The position numbers were made by a program, and so were the translations under genes. Below, piece after piece: positions 51,378-61,450 of a stretch of 64,000 nucleotides of DNA. Origin of the DNA: Promethearchaeia archaeon (GTDB lineage Archaea; Asgardarchaeota; Lokiarchaeia; Sigyniarchaeales; SOKP01); assembly GCA_029856155.1 (NCBI GenBank), contig JAHQWL010000072.1, positions 1-64,000 of the forward strand, written 5' to 3'. The notes beneath the pieces are model-generated. The model saw only the letters and a program-made list of their open reading frames with translations, searched no databases and was not told the origin of the DNA. The number at the start of each line of letters is the position of its first letter. Positions within the stretch are counted from its first letter, which is position 1.

Positions 51378-52187
51378 TTGATATCTTAGACCATAATCAA
51401 ACTCTTTTGTTAGGAAAAAATTATTTCTTCTTTCTTTAGCTTTTGGATCTTCTATAAACTTAATTTTATCATCAAATTTTATATCCCATAAAATTAATCC
51501 TCTAGGATCTGCTGGTTGATAGGAAATGACTTTTGATTTATCAAATAGATCTAAGAAATCATCATAAGTAATTTCATTTTTTCCTAACTCTAAAATCTTT
51601 TTAACCATTCGTCTGATCTGTTGTCTAAGAAACGATCTACTTTTAAATTGGAAAATTAAATAATCGTTTTGTATTGATAGTGTTGCAGAATCCATATCTC
51701 TTATCGACTTTATCAAATCCCCTTCTCTTTTAAAGAAATTTACAAAATCATGGCGACCTTCTAGCTGTTTACAAGCTTTCCTCATTACGTCTACGTTTAT
51801 ATCAGATATTTTTTGAAAATAGGACATTGGAGTAGAAACTATATATATATAATGACGAAAAATAGCATTATGCCTTGAAGAGAACTCTAATGGCACTTCA
51901 GTATATGCCCAAATACCTATTTCTCTTGGTAAAATACTATTAATTTCCATCAATATTGGTTCTTTTTGAGTTATACACGTAAAACAAGCTCCTCTTGCAG
52001 AAACAAATCGATCTGTTCGACTGGCAAATTCAAAATCACCATCTTTAAGTTTTTGAATGTAATTCCTTTTTTCTAACGCTTTTAGAATAGTATGCTCAAT
52101 TGTTAAAATATCCCCTTGCCGTTGAGATCCATAATACTTTTGGGTCCCAATATAATAGAATTTAAAGAGAAATTTTGATTTTGTCAT
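51342..52187 (-). CDS. truA: tRNA pseudouridine synthase A
   Basis: YYGSQRQ, ASRTDRFVSA, GRHDF, SFLRQQIRRMV. Confidence 0.92.
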   Translation of the reverse strand: MTKSKFLFKFYYIGTQKYYGSQRQGDILTIEHTILKALEKRNYIQKLKDGDFEFASRTDRFVSARGACFTCITQKEPILMEINSILPREIGIWAYTEVPLEFSSRHNAIFRHYIYIVSTPMSYFQKISDINVDVMRKACKQLEGRHDFVNFFKREGDLIKSIRDMDSATLSIQNDYLIFQFKSRSFLRQQIRRMVKKILELGKNEITYDDFLDLFDKSKVISYQPADPRGLILWDIKFDDKIKFIEDPKAKERRNNFFLTKEFDYGLRYQLFRTLQQDNFS

Positions 52188-52366
52188 ATATATGTAACTC
52201 CATTTTATTATTCATATCCAATTTTTACTATCTCTTTTCACATTATTTTGAATTTTACAAAATGTTAGATTAAAGAAAAACATTTTAATCTTAAGGATTT
52301 TTTTTATAAACAAAATTAAATTATGGTTATTAAATTAGTTAGTAATTAAGCTTTGATTGATAAATT

Positions 52367-55300
52367 ATGGTTAAGATCCTCACCTCAATAAGAAATTTCC
52401 GTGATCGTCTCAGAACATCAATATCTGTGAAAGTAAGTAATATTTTATTTTTTCTGGCAATTTTTTTACTTGTAACTCTAGCCATAATTATTAGATGCAG
52501 CCCTCTTATCAGAGGTGTAAATTTAATAAAAGCTTTTGATCCATGGATTCAATGGTATAATGCAGAATACTTAAATACTCATTCTCTTTATGAATATTTT
52601 AATTGGCACGATCTTAAAAGTTGGTATCCTCAAGGAGTCAATCGTGGAGGTTTACGACCGGGATTAACTTTTACTGTGGTAATACTCTATAATATTTTTC
52701 ACTTTTTTGGGTTACCTATTTCATTATATAATATCTGTTTTTTCTTCCCTGCATTTATGGGTGGGATAACGGTATTAGTGATATATTTTCTGGGAAAAGA
52801 AATCAATAATCGCGCAACTGGATTATTTGCAGCCTTTTTCCTAGCGTTTAACCCCGGTTATTTACAACGAACCACCGCAGGATTTTTTGATAATGAAACT
52901 ATTGGTGTTTTTGCGGCTTTAATGACATTCTTATTCTTTTTAAAGGCAATAAAGACGGGAAAATTTTCACATTCTGTAATTGGTGGAATTTTCCTTGGTT
53001 ATTTATCCCTCAGCTGGGGAGGATATCAATTTGTTTTCTTATTGATCCCTCTTATCTGTGTTATAGTAATTTTAACTAGCAAATATAATGAAAATATTTT
53101 AATTTCTTATGCGGGGATTGAAGGAACTGGTTTATTGATATTTTCTTTATATTTGAAATTTAACTATCAAAACTTCTTCTCAGATTTAGCTTTAGGGGGA
53201 ATTTTTCTTTTAACAATTATTTTGTTAGTTTTCCACATAATTTATACAAAAAAGAGTGAGCATCCCAACCTGTATAATAATTTGATAAATTTCATAAAGT
53301 GGGGTTTTATTCCAATTGTTTTAATAGTTGCTGTAATAATATGGGTCGCTCCTGAAATTATACCCTTTGGTTTTGGTTTACGGTTTTGGACAATACTAAA
53401 TCCTTTACTTCGTGGAGAAGTAGCTCTTGTTGCTTCAGTAGCAGAACAGATGCCCAGTGCATGGAGTGTTTTTTATTATAATACATTAATTCCGTTAATG
53501 CTTGTACCTTTAGGTATATATTTCTGTTTTAAGAGATTAAATGCCGCAGATATCTTTGTAATTGCGTTTATTATTCTGATGTATTATTTTACAGGAAGTA
53601 TGATTCGTATAATTTTAATTTTTGCTCCAGCAGCAGCATTAGCGGGAGCATATGGATTAGTTAATGTGTTAAAAATTTTCGGTAGTTTCATAGGGGAAAA
53701 AAAAGTTGGAGTCAGTAGAAAAAGAAGAAGACAGTTAAAGGGAACATTGGGAAGTTCAGAAGCTCTTGCTGTGTATCTTATTGTTGGGGTATTGTGTGTT
53801 GCTCAAGTTACTCATACTAGTCAGATTGCTATTTCACAGATGTCATTTGCACAAATGTCGCCTGGCGGCATAATTCATGATTGGGAGGAGACTTTAACTT
53901 GGATGAAATATAATTTAAAAGGAACAGACGTAGTGGTTTCATGGTGGGATTACGGTTATTGGCTTACTCCAGTGGGGAATGTCACAACGGTAAATGACAA
54001 TAATACGAAAAATGCAACAAGAATAGGTTTGACAGGAATGGCATTGATGCAGACCAATGAGATTTATAGTGCTAAAGCATTTCGTGCTTTAAAAGCTGAT
54101 TATGTATTAGTCTATTTTGGATTTCTTTATACAGGATTAGGTGGTGACGAAGGAAAGTGGACTTGGATGGTGGATATATGCAATGATAATTATGCGGGAT
54201 ATCTTAATATGGGATTGGAAGAAGATAATTGGGCAGAAAATGCGGTCTTTGATGTTAATGAATATCAAAATCAAAGCACTGGAGCTATGGGAGACAGTTG
54301 GTTTGACAGTCAATTAGTGAAGTTAATGTTTTGGGAAGAACCTACTTCAGATGATGGAAATTTAAACCAACTTGAGGAGAATTACGTTCGTGAGATAAAT
54401 AGGAGAACTGATGATGATGGTGACTTATGGAAAACTCATATTCCTGATAACGGTAAGTATAATTCTATCGTATTTATTCAAGAACATTACTCTATATCAA
54501 AATTAGTCAAGTTATACAGAATAGACTATACTGCCTTAGATTCTAGTTTTATAATTAAAAATCCAGAGGTTTTTGAAAATGGCTATGCTACATTTAAATT
54601 AGTAAACACTGGAACAAAGGATTTACTCATCAATAATGTAGATATCAATGGATTAGATTATCAATTTGCTATGGGTACTGAAGATTATACAGTTAAGGCG
54701 GGGAGTGAAGAATTAGTATGGGTAGATATGACAAACACAACTTTAAAAAAAGGGGATATCGCAAAATTAACCGCAACCGCTCAATCAAAAGCTTTATATG
54801 ACAGGACTTTTGAATTTACAAATTCGACGAGTAACTTATTTGTTAAAGAAGCAGTGGAAGGTGCCATTAAAATAAATAAGGAAAATAGTAGAGTTATTCA
54901 AAAAGATTCATCAAACGTCGATATATATCTTGAAGTGGAAAATGTTGGTAATTCAGTTGAAGTACTAGATAGATTTTACGCAATCGAAGATACTATAGAA
55001 AATAGATTTAGTCAAGAAACAATCACATATTTAGAAGGATCATCCATCCTTGGACCAACTGAGAAAGCTTATGTTATGATAGAAGATGCAGATATAAATT
55101 TCTTCCCTATTAAAAAATATAATAAATTAGGTGTGGCTACTCCAAATAATATATATGACGAAGTCTTATTCACATCAAATAAAGAAAACTTTTCTCTATC
55201 AATTTTAAGTGAAGATCGGATTGTATCACCTGAAGTCTTGGCCGCTCTTAATAATAATTTTAGGAACCATATTCCAATTGATTTCGATAACTCATATGCT

Positions 55301-56272
55301 TATACGTATGATAACGGGAGCACAATTTTAACTATAAAGGTAAAAAATACAGATGACTTCATATTTGGATTAGATTCTGTATATTTGAATGGTATTGATT
55401 CCGACCATGAAGTTGACTTCGAAGATTGGGATTATACTTCGATAAACTTAGAACCTAACACAGAAGAATTAATTATAATAGATGCAACTGATTATATAGT
55501 AGGAGATATAAACGAAGAAATATTGGTTTGCATCACTGGAAGTTTCGGAACAACAGTTGCTTCGGATATCGGATATATTTACACCATAAGAGATCAAGAG
55601 GATATTCAAATTATTGAAACTATTGACGGAACGGCAGTTTCATATATTAACGCAAATGAAACAGGCAGAATCTTGATTAAAAACACAGGAGATACTCCTA
55701 TAACGTTAGAAAATGTCATTCTTAATAATACTATTACGCTTGATTGCTCAAATCTTAATGAAATTGAATTTTTATATGGGGATACTTCACTAGATATTCA
55801 AGAATGTGCTTTGATTTCTTTTGATATTCCAACTTTTCAAATAAATAAATCCGATGATATTATGGTAAACATTACAACCATTTCCAATGTTTGGTATGCA
55901 ACAACACTTAGTGCAATAGTTGACAATGAATTTTTTAATATTACAATTAATCCTGACATAACTAGAATCGACCTTAGCGATGATGAAATCACAATAAAAA
56001 TAACAAATAATGGAAAGTTGAATGTGACGGTTGATTCAATTTATATAAATGATACTTATATTCCTCTTGACATTGGCACTTATTTTAGCTTTGAAGATGG
56101 AACATCGTATGAAATTGGTAATCTTGGAGGTTCGATTACCATTACTATGAGTGTTTCTGATCTAGAAACTTTCCCTGACATTGATCCTCTACTTGCTAAC
56201 GATAAATTAATAATTCTTGTACGTACTGTTGAAGGTGCTGAAGACATCCTAGAAGAATTGGTAAGAAACTAA
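52367..56272 (+). CDS. aglB: oligosaccharyltransferase AglB/STT3 with long Ig-like C-terminal extension
   Basis: FDPW, FDNE, SWGGY, SVAEQ, WWDYG, DNNT, DYVLVYFG, GDEGK; ~13 TM. Confidence 0.95.
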   Translation: MVKILTSIRNFRDRLRTSISVKVSNILFFLAIFLLVTLAIIIRCSPLIRGVNLIKAFDPWIQWYNAEYLNTHSLYEYFNWHDLKSWYPQGVNRGGLRPGLTFTVVILYNIFHFFGLPISLYNICFFFPAFMGGITVLVIYFLGKEINNRATGLFAAFFLAFNPGYLQRTTAGFFDNETIGVFAALMTFLFFLKAIKTGKFSHSVIGGIFLGYLSLSWGGYQFVFLLIPLICVIVILTSKYNENILISYAGIEGTGLLIFSLYLKFNYQNFFSDLALGGIFLLTIILLVFHIIYTKKSEHPNLYNNLINFIKWGFIPIVLIVAVIIWVAPEIIPFGFGLRFWTILNPLLRGEVALVASVAEQMPSAWSVFYYNTLIPLMLVPLGIYFCFKRLNAADIFVIAFIILMYYFTGSMIRIILIFAPAAALAGAYGLVNVLKIFGSFIGEKKVGVSRKRRRQLKGTLGSSEALAVYLIVGVLCVAQVTHTSQIAISQMSFAQMSPGGIIHDWEETLTWMKYNLKGTDVVVSWWDYGYWLTPVGNVTTVNDNNTKNATRIGLTGMALMQTNEIYSAKAFRALKADYVLVYFGFLYTGLGGDEGKWTWMVDICNDNYAGYLNMGLEEDNWAENAVFDVNEYQNQSTGAMGDSWFDSQLVKLMFWEEPTSDDGNLNQLEENYVREINRRTDDDGDLWKTHIPDNGKYNSIVFIQEHYSISKLVKLYRIDYTALDSSFIIKNPEVFENGYATFKLVNTGTKDLLINNVDINGLDYQFAMGTEDYTVKAGSEELVWVDMTNTTLKKGDIAKLTATAQSKALYDRTFEFTNSTSNLFVKEAVEGAIKINKENSRVIQKDSSNVDIYLEVENVGNSVEVLDRFYAIEDTIENRFSQETITYLEGSSILGPTEKAYVMIEDADINFFPIKKYNKLGVATPNNIYDEVLFTSNKENFSLSILSEDRIVSPEVLAALNNNFRNHIPIDFDNSYAYTYDNGSTILTIKVKNTDDFIFGLDSVYLNGIDSDHEVDFEDWDYTSINLEPNTEELIIIDATDYIVGDINEEILVCITGSFGTTVASDIGYIYTIRDQEDIQIIETIDGTAVSYINANETGRILIKNTGDTPITLENVILNNTITLDCSNLNEIEFLYGDTSLDIQECALISFDIPTFQINKSDDIMVNITTISNVWYATTLSAIVDNEFFNITINPDITRIDLSDDEITIKITNNGKLNVTVDSIYINDTYIPLDIGTYFSFEDGTSYEIGNLGGSITITMSVSDLETFPDIDPLLANDKLIILVRTVEGAEDILEELVRN

Positions 56273-56402
56273 TTTTCTTATTTTTGATTTAACTATTAAT
56301 AAAAATCTTAAGTTATAGAATATTAGAATATCATAAGTCTTATCTTTAATAAATTGACTTTATTTTTATGTTAAATAAGTGTAAAATTTATCGTTTATAT
56401 TT

Positions 56403-58409
56403 ATGATCGTTGAATTCAAATTAGAATCACAATTTGTCCCAGCGGGAGATCAACCCGAGGCTATACAAGCTCTATCAAATAATATATCGAAAGGAAAAAG
56501 ATTTCAAACACTTTTAGGAGCTACTGGCACGGGAAAAACTTTTTCGATTGCTAATTTAATTCAAAAAATCCAAAACCCAACTTTGGTGATGGCTCCAAAT
56601 AAGACACTAGCCGCTCAATTATATAATGAATTAAAAGAGCTTTTTCCTCATAACGCTGTTCATTATTTTGTATCTTATTATGACTATTACCAACCAGAAG
56701 CATATATGCCAATTTCTGGGTTATATATAGAGAAAGATTTTAGTGTCAATGAAGAAATTGAACGTTTAAGACTTGCAGCTGCTCATGCTGTAAGAACTCG
56801 AAGAGATGTTATAGTTGTTGCAACTGTATCTTGCATATATGGTTTAGGAAATCCAGATCTCTGGGAAAAAATCGCTCTATATATAGAAGTAAATACAAAC
56901 GTTAAACGTTCTGAAATTTTAAAGAACCTAGTAAAAATGAATTACGAACGAAGTGAAATCGAATTTAAGCCAGGAAATATGAGAGTAAAAGGTGATATTA
57001 TTGATGTCTATCCAGCGTACTTAAACAATGCTGTTCGAATCTCCCTATTTGGGGATGAAATTGAATCAATCACAGAAATCCATCCTGTATCCAATAATCC
57101 AATAAAAAAAGTACCTAATTATAGAATATTCCCTGCCACGCATTTTATCATACCAGATGAAAATAAAACAAGAGCTTTAGAGTTAATTAAAGAAGAATTG
57201 GAAGAACGAATTGAATTTTTTAAAAGTCGAAAAAAATTTGCTGAAGCGAAATGGATTGAGAGAAGGGTTAAGTTTGATTTAGAAATGATGAAAGAGATGG
57301 GGTGGTGTAAAGGTATAGAAAATTATTCGAGACCTTTAGATGGCAGACCACCAGGAACACCTCCCATGACTTTAATGGATTACTTTCCAGATGATTTTCT
57401 AATAGTAGTTGATGAATCTCATATAACAATACCACAAATCCATGGAATGATTGGTGGAGATCGGTCTCGTAAAAAAAATCTTATAGATTATGGATGGCGT
57501 TTACCTAGCGCTTATGATAATAGACCACTTACATTTGAAGAATGGGAAAGTAAAATAGATAACATAATCTTTATGAGTGCTACACCAGGAAATTATGAGT
57601 TAGAAAAAAGTGGAGGGATTTCCGCAGAACAGATAATCAGGCCAACTGGTCTTGTTGATCCAAGAATAGAAATAAGGCCGGCAAAAAATCAAATTGATGA
57701 TTTATTAGGAGAAATTCGAAAAGTTATTGAAAATAATGGAAGAACTCTTATAACTACTCTAACTAAAAGAATGGCTGAAGATATCTCAGAATATTATAAT
57801 GAGCTAGGATTGAAAATAACGTATTTGCACTCAGAAGTAGATACAGTCGAAAGATTTGAAATTCTACGTCAATTGAGGGATGGAACATATGATGTTTTAG
57901 TTGGAATAAATCTCTTAAGAGAAGGGTTAGATCTCCCAGAAGTTCAATTAGTTGCGATATTAGATGCTGATAAATTAGGATTTTTAAGAGATACTCGGTC
58001 TTTAATTCAAACTATTGGGAGAGCTTCTAGAAATGTTGAAGGAAAAGCTATTTTGTATGCTGATAGGATTTCTCCAGCAATGAAAGCAGCAATTAACGAA
58101 ACAAATAGAAGAAGAAATAAACAAATGAGACATAACGAACAGAATAATATTACACCTCAAACCATTAAAAAAAATATCTTAAAGTCTCTATCAGAGGAGC
58201 AGGAGTTTAAAAATAGAGAAATTAAAAAGCTAAAAAGAAAAGTAAAAGATAAAATTAATGAATTGGAAAAAAAAGGAGATCTTGAAATAGTTATTGAGTA
58301 TTTGGAAAATAAAATGTTTTTGGCAGCAAGAGAATTAAGATTTGAAGATGCTGCTTACTTAAGAGATAAAATCAAGGAGATAAAGGAAACGAATAAAATA
58401 AAAGCATGA
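56403..58409 (+). CDS. uvrB: excinuclease ABC subunit B
   Basis: GATGTGKT, YYDYYQPEAY, DESH, GINLLREGLD, C-terminal UVR domain. Confidence 0.99.
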   Translation: MIVEFKLESQFVPAGDQPEAIQALSNNISKGKRFQTLLGATGTGKTFSIANLIQKIQNPTLVMAPNKTLAAQLYNELKELFPHNAVHYFVSYYDYYQPEAYMPISGLYIEKDFSVNEEIERLRLAAAHAVRTRRDVIVVATVSCIYGLGNPDLWEKIALYIEVNTNVKRSEILKNLVKMNYERSEIEFKPGNMRVKGDIIDVYPAYLNNAVRISLFGDEIESITEIHPVSNNPIKKVPNYRIFPATHFIIPDENKTRALELIKEELEERIEFFKSRKKFAEAKWIERRVKFDLEMMKEMGWCKGIENYSRPLDGRPPGTPPMTLMDYFPDDFLIVVDESHITIPQIHGMIGGDRSRKKNLIDYGWRLPSAYDNRPLTFEEWESKIDNIIFMSATPGNYELEKSGGISAEQIIRPTGLVDPRIEIRPAKNQIDDLLGEIRKVIENNGRTLITTLTKRMAEDISEYYNELGLKITYLHSEVDTVERFEILRQLRDGTYDVLVGINLLREGLDLPEVQLVAILDADKLGFLRDTRSLIQTIGRASRNVEGKAILYADRISPAMKAAINETNRRRNKQMRHNEQNNITPQTIKKNILKSLSEEQEFKNREIKKLKRKVKDKINELEKKGDLEIVIEYLENKMFLAARELRFEDAAYLRDKIKEIKETNKIKA

Positions 58410-58451
58410 AGTTTTTGTAATATTTTTAATTGATAATATGTAGAATATAAG

Positions 58452-61325
58452 ATGAGCGATAACTCTATTATAATAAAAGGAGCAAGACAGAATAATCTTA
58501 AAAACATTGACGTAATTATTCCACGAAATAAATTAGTTGTTATTACAGGAATAAGTGGAAGTGGAAAGAGTAGTTTGGCAATGGATACATTATTCGCTGA
58601 AGGACAGCGAAGATTTCTTGAATCTTTATCAAGTTATGCAAGACAATTTTTAGGAGAGATGGATAAACCAGATGTAGATTCAATAGAAGGGTTATCTCCC
58701 GCAATCGCAATTGAGCAAAAACCACTTTCAAAGAACCCAAGAAGTACGGTTGGTACTGTAACTGAAATATACGATTACTACAGATTATTATATGCTAATA
58801 TTGGTATCCCTCATTGTCCTAATTGTAGGAAAGAAATAAGACCACAGACACCACAGCAAATCATTCAACAAGTATTAAATTCAATTGAAGAGAATAAAAA
58901 ATTTATGATTAAAGCTCCTGTTATACGAGATAGAAAAGGAGAATACAAAGAGCTTTTACAAGATTTAAAGAAGCAAGGATACGTAAGAGTAGAAGTCGAT
59001 GGGATTCAATATACATTAGATGAGGATATCTCTATGGAAAAAAACGTGAAGCACAATATCAATGTCATAATTGACAGATTAGTTATGCGCAAGGATATTA
59101 AGACACGACTAGCTGATTCTATAGAAAATGCATTAGAGTTAACAGATGGTTTAGTTATTGTTGATGTTATTGAAGATGAGCAGCATATTTTCTCCGAACA
59201 TCTCGCATGTATTGATTGTGGAATATCTTTTCCTCCCTTAGATCATAAAATGTTTTCATTTAACATTCCGCATGGAAGTTGTAAATATTGTAGTGGTTTA
59301 GGAAATGTTATGGAATTTGATTATGAATTACTTTTAGGAAATGATCTAGACATTCCACTTGAGGAGACCTCTATTAGAGATATTCCTGGTTTTGGATCTT
59401 CAAACGGCTATTCTTGGCAAACAATAGTGCAAGTTGCCAAACACTATGGATTTGACACGGATAAAACACCAATTAAAAATATCGACTCAACAAAACTTCA
59501 TAAAATATTATATGGTACTGAAAATGAATCAATTGATTTTCATTTTGAGAGTGAAAATAATGACTATAAAAACCATAATGGAGATTTCAAATCTTCTTGG
59601 CAAGTTGTAAGACCTTTCGAGGGAATAATTCCAATATTGCAAAGACGATACATGGAAACTCGTTCAGAGTGGGCTCGTGAAGTTTATGAAAGTTTTATGA
59701 ATAGGATAAATTGCCCACAGTGTGATGGACAAAGATTAAAACCAGAAAGTTTAGCAGTGACAATTAATAACCTCAATATTGCTGAATTATCTGCTTTATC
59801 TGTAAAAGATTCTTTAAAATTTTGTAAAGAATTAAATTTAACAGAAACTGAAAAGATAATCGTTAAAGAAGTGTTAAAAGAAATATTAGATAGATTATCT
59901 TTCCTTGAAAATGTAGGATTAGATTATATTTCATTAAACCGTCGATCTGATACATTATCCATTGGAGAAGCAGAAAGAATTCGACTAGCTACACAATTAG
60001 GGTCTAGCTTAGTAGGTGTATTATATGTTTTAGATGAACCTAGTATAGGACTTCATCAAAGAGATATTAATCGTCTTATCAATATGTTAAAAAAATTAAG
60101 AGATCTAGGGAATACTGTTATTGTAGTTGAACACGATGAGGCAATAATGCGTAGTGCAGATCATATTATTGATTTAGGGCCATTAGCAGGTGAGAAGGGG
60201 GGTGAAATAGTTGCTGAAGGACCAATTGATTTTATAATCAATTCCAGGACTTTAACTGGAGATTATCTATCAGGAAAAAAGAAAATAATAATTCCCAAAA
60301 ATAGACGGGAAATACACAAAGATTTTATTGAAATAAAAGGAGCAAACGAGAATAATTTAAAACATATCGATGTAAAAATTCCTTTAGGAGTATTTACTTG
60401 TATAACAGGAGTTTCTGGAGCAGGAAAAACTAGTCTAATTATTGATTGTTTATATAAAGGACTCCATAATCTAATAAATACACGGAGTTCAAAAATTAGT
60501 GAAGGAAAGTATGATAAGATTATAGGTTATGAAAAAATTGATAAAATTATTAATATAGACCAATCCCCAATAGGAAGAACTCCCAGATCGGTTCCAGCAA
60601 CATATACAAAAGCGTTAGACTATATTAGAGAAATCTTTGCTGGATTACCCGAAGCAAGAGAAAGAGGTTATAAAAAGGGGCGATTTAGTTTTAATACTAA
60701 AGATGGACATTGCAAAAAGTGTAAAGGAACGGGATATATACTTAAAGAAATGTATTTCTTACCTGATGTGTATATAAAATGTGATTTATGTAAAGGAAAA
60801 AGATATAATACTGAAACATTGGAGGTTAAATATCGAGGGAAATCAATCTATGAGATTTTGAGGATGACTTTTCATCAAGCATTAGAATTTTTTGATAGTT
60901 ATCCTAATTTAAAAAGAACTCTAAAGACAGTAGTAGATGTTGGATTGGGTTATTTAGAATTAGGGCAGTCGTCTACAACTTTAAGTGGAGGAGAATCTCA
61001 ACGCTTAAAGATTGCGAGGGAATTGAGAAAAACAAGCACGGGAAACACCCTTTATATCTTAGATGAACCAACTACGGGTTTATCTTCTTATGACATAAAT
61101 TTCTTGCTTAAAGTACTTCAAAAACTTGTAAATAAAGGAAATACTGCTATTATTATTGAACATAACATGGATATTATAAAGTCAGTTGATTATATTATTG
61201 ATCTTGGACCTGAAGGAGGAGAGAAAGGAGGAAATGTTATAGTAAAAGGAACTCCAGAAGAAATAATAAGCAATAATTCATCTTTCACAGCTAAATATTT
61301 AAAAAAATATCTTAATAATAATTAA
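58452..61325 (+). CDS. uvrA: excinuclease ABC subunit A
   Basis: Two ABC modules (GISGSGKS, GVSGAGKT, LSGGE) and zinc fingers. Confidence 0.99.
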   Translation: MSDNSIIIKGARQNNLKNIDVIIPRNKLVVITGISGSGKSSLAMDTLFAEGQRRFLESLSSYARQFLGEMDKPDVDSIEGLSPAIAIEQKPLSKNPRSTVGTVTEIYDYYRLLYANIGIPHCPNCRKEIRPQTPQQIIQQVLNSIEENKKFMIKAPVIRDRKGEYKELLQDLKKQGYVRVEVDGIQYTLDEDISMEKNVKHNINVIIDRLVMRKDIKTRLADSIENALELTDGLVIVDVIEDEQHIFSEHLACIDCGISFPPLDHKMFSFNIPHGSCKYCSGLGNVMEFDYELLLGNDLDIPLEETSIRDIPGFGSSNGYSWQTIVQVAKHYGFDTDKTPIKNIDSTKLHKILYGTENESIDFHFESENNDYKNHNGDFKSSWQVVRPFEGIIPILQRRYMETRSEWAREVYESFMNRINCPQCDGQRLKPESLAVTINNLNIAELSALSVKDSLKFCKELNLTETEKIIVKEVLKEILDRLSFLENVGLDYISLNRRSDTLSIGEAERIRLATQLGSSLVGVLYVLDEPSIGLHQRDINRLINMLKKLRDLGNTVIVVEHDEAIMRSADHIIDLGPLAGEKGGEIVAEGPIDFIINSRTLTGDYLSGKKKIIIPKNRREIHKDFIEIKGANENNLKHIDVKIPLGVFTCITGVSGAGKTSLIIDCLYKGLHNLINTRSSKISEGKYDKIIGYEKIDKIINIDQSPIGRTPRSVPATYTKALDYIREIFAGLPEARERGYKKGRFSFNTKDGHCKKCKGTGYILKEMYFLPDVYIKCDLCKGKRYNTETLEVKYRGKSIYEILRMTFHQALEFFDSYPNLKRTLKTVVDVGLGYLELGQSSTTLSGGESQRLKIARELRKTSTGNTLYILDEPTTGLSSYDINFLLKVLQKLVNKGNTAIIIEHNMDIIKSVDYIIDLGPEGGEKGGNVIVKGTPEEIISNNSSFTAKYLKKYLNNN

Positions 61326-61450
61326 TTCCTCTTTTGAATTCAAATATTACTATAATTTTAAAATAAAATTCTAAACCAAAGGAATATAATTTTATATTAA
61401 TAGTAATTATCAGATGGATTTAAATTTCTAAGTGAAATTCGTGATATAAA

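Noticed and set aside
56403-61325. uvrB-uvrA without uvrC
   Set aside because: uvrC is often unlinked and may lie outside this window; UvrABC in archaea is already known.
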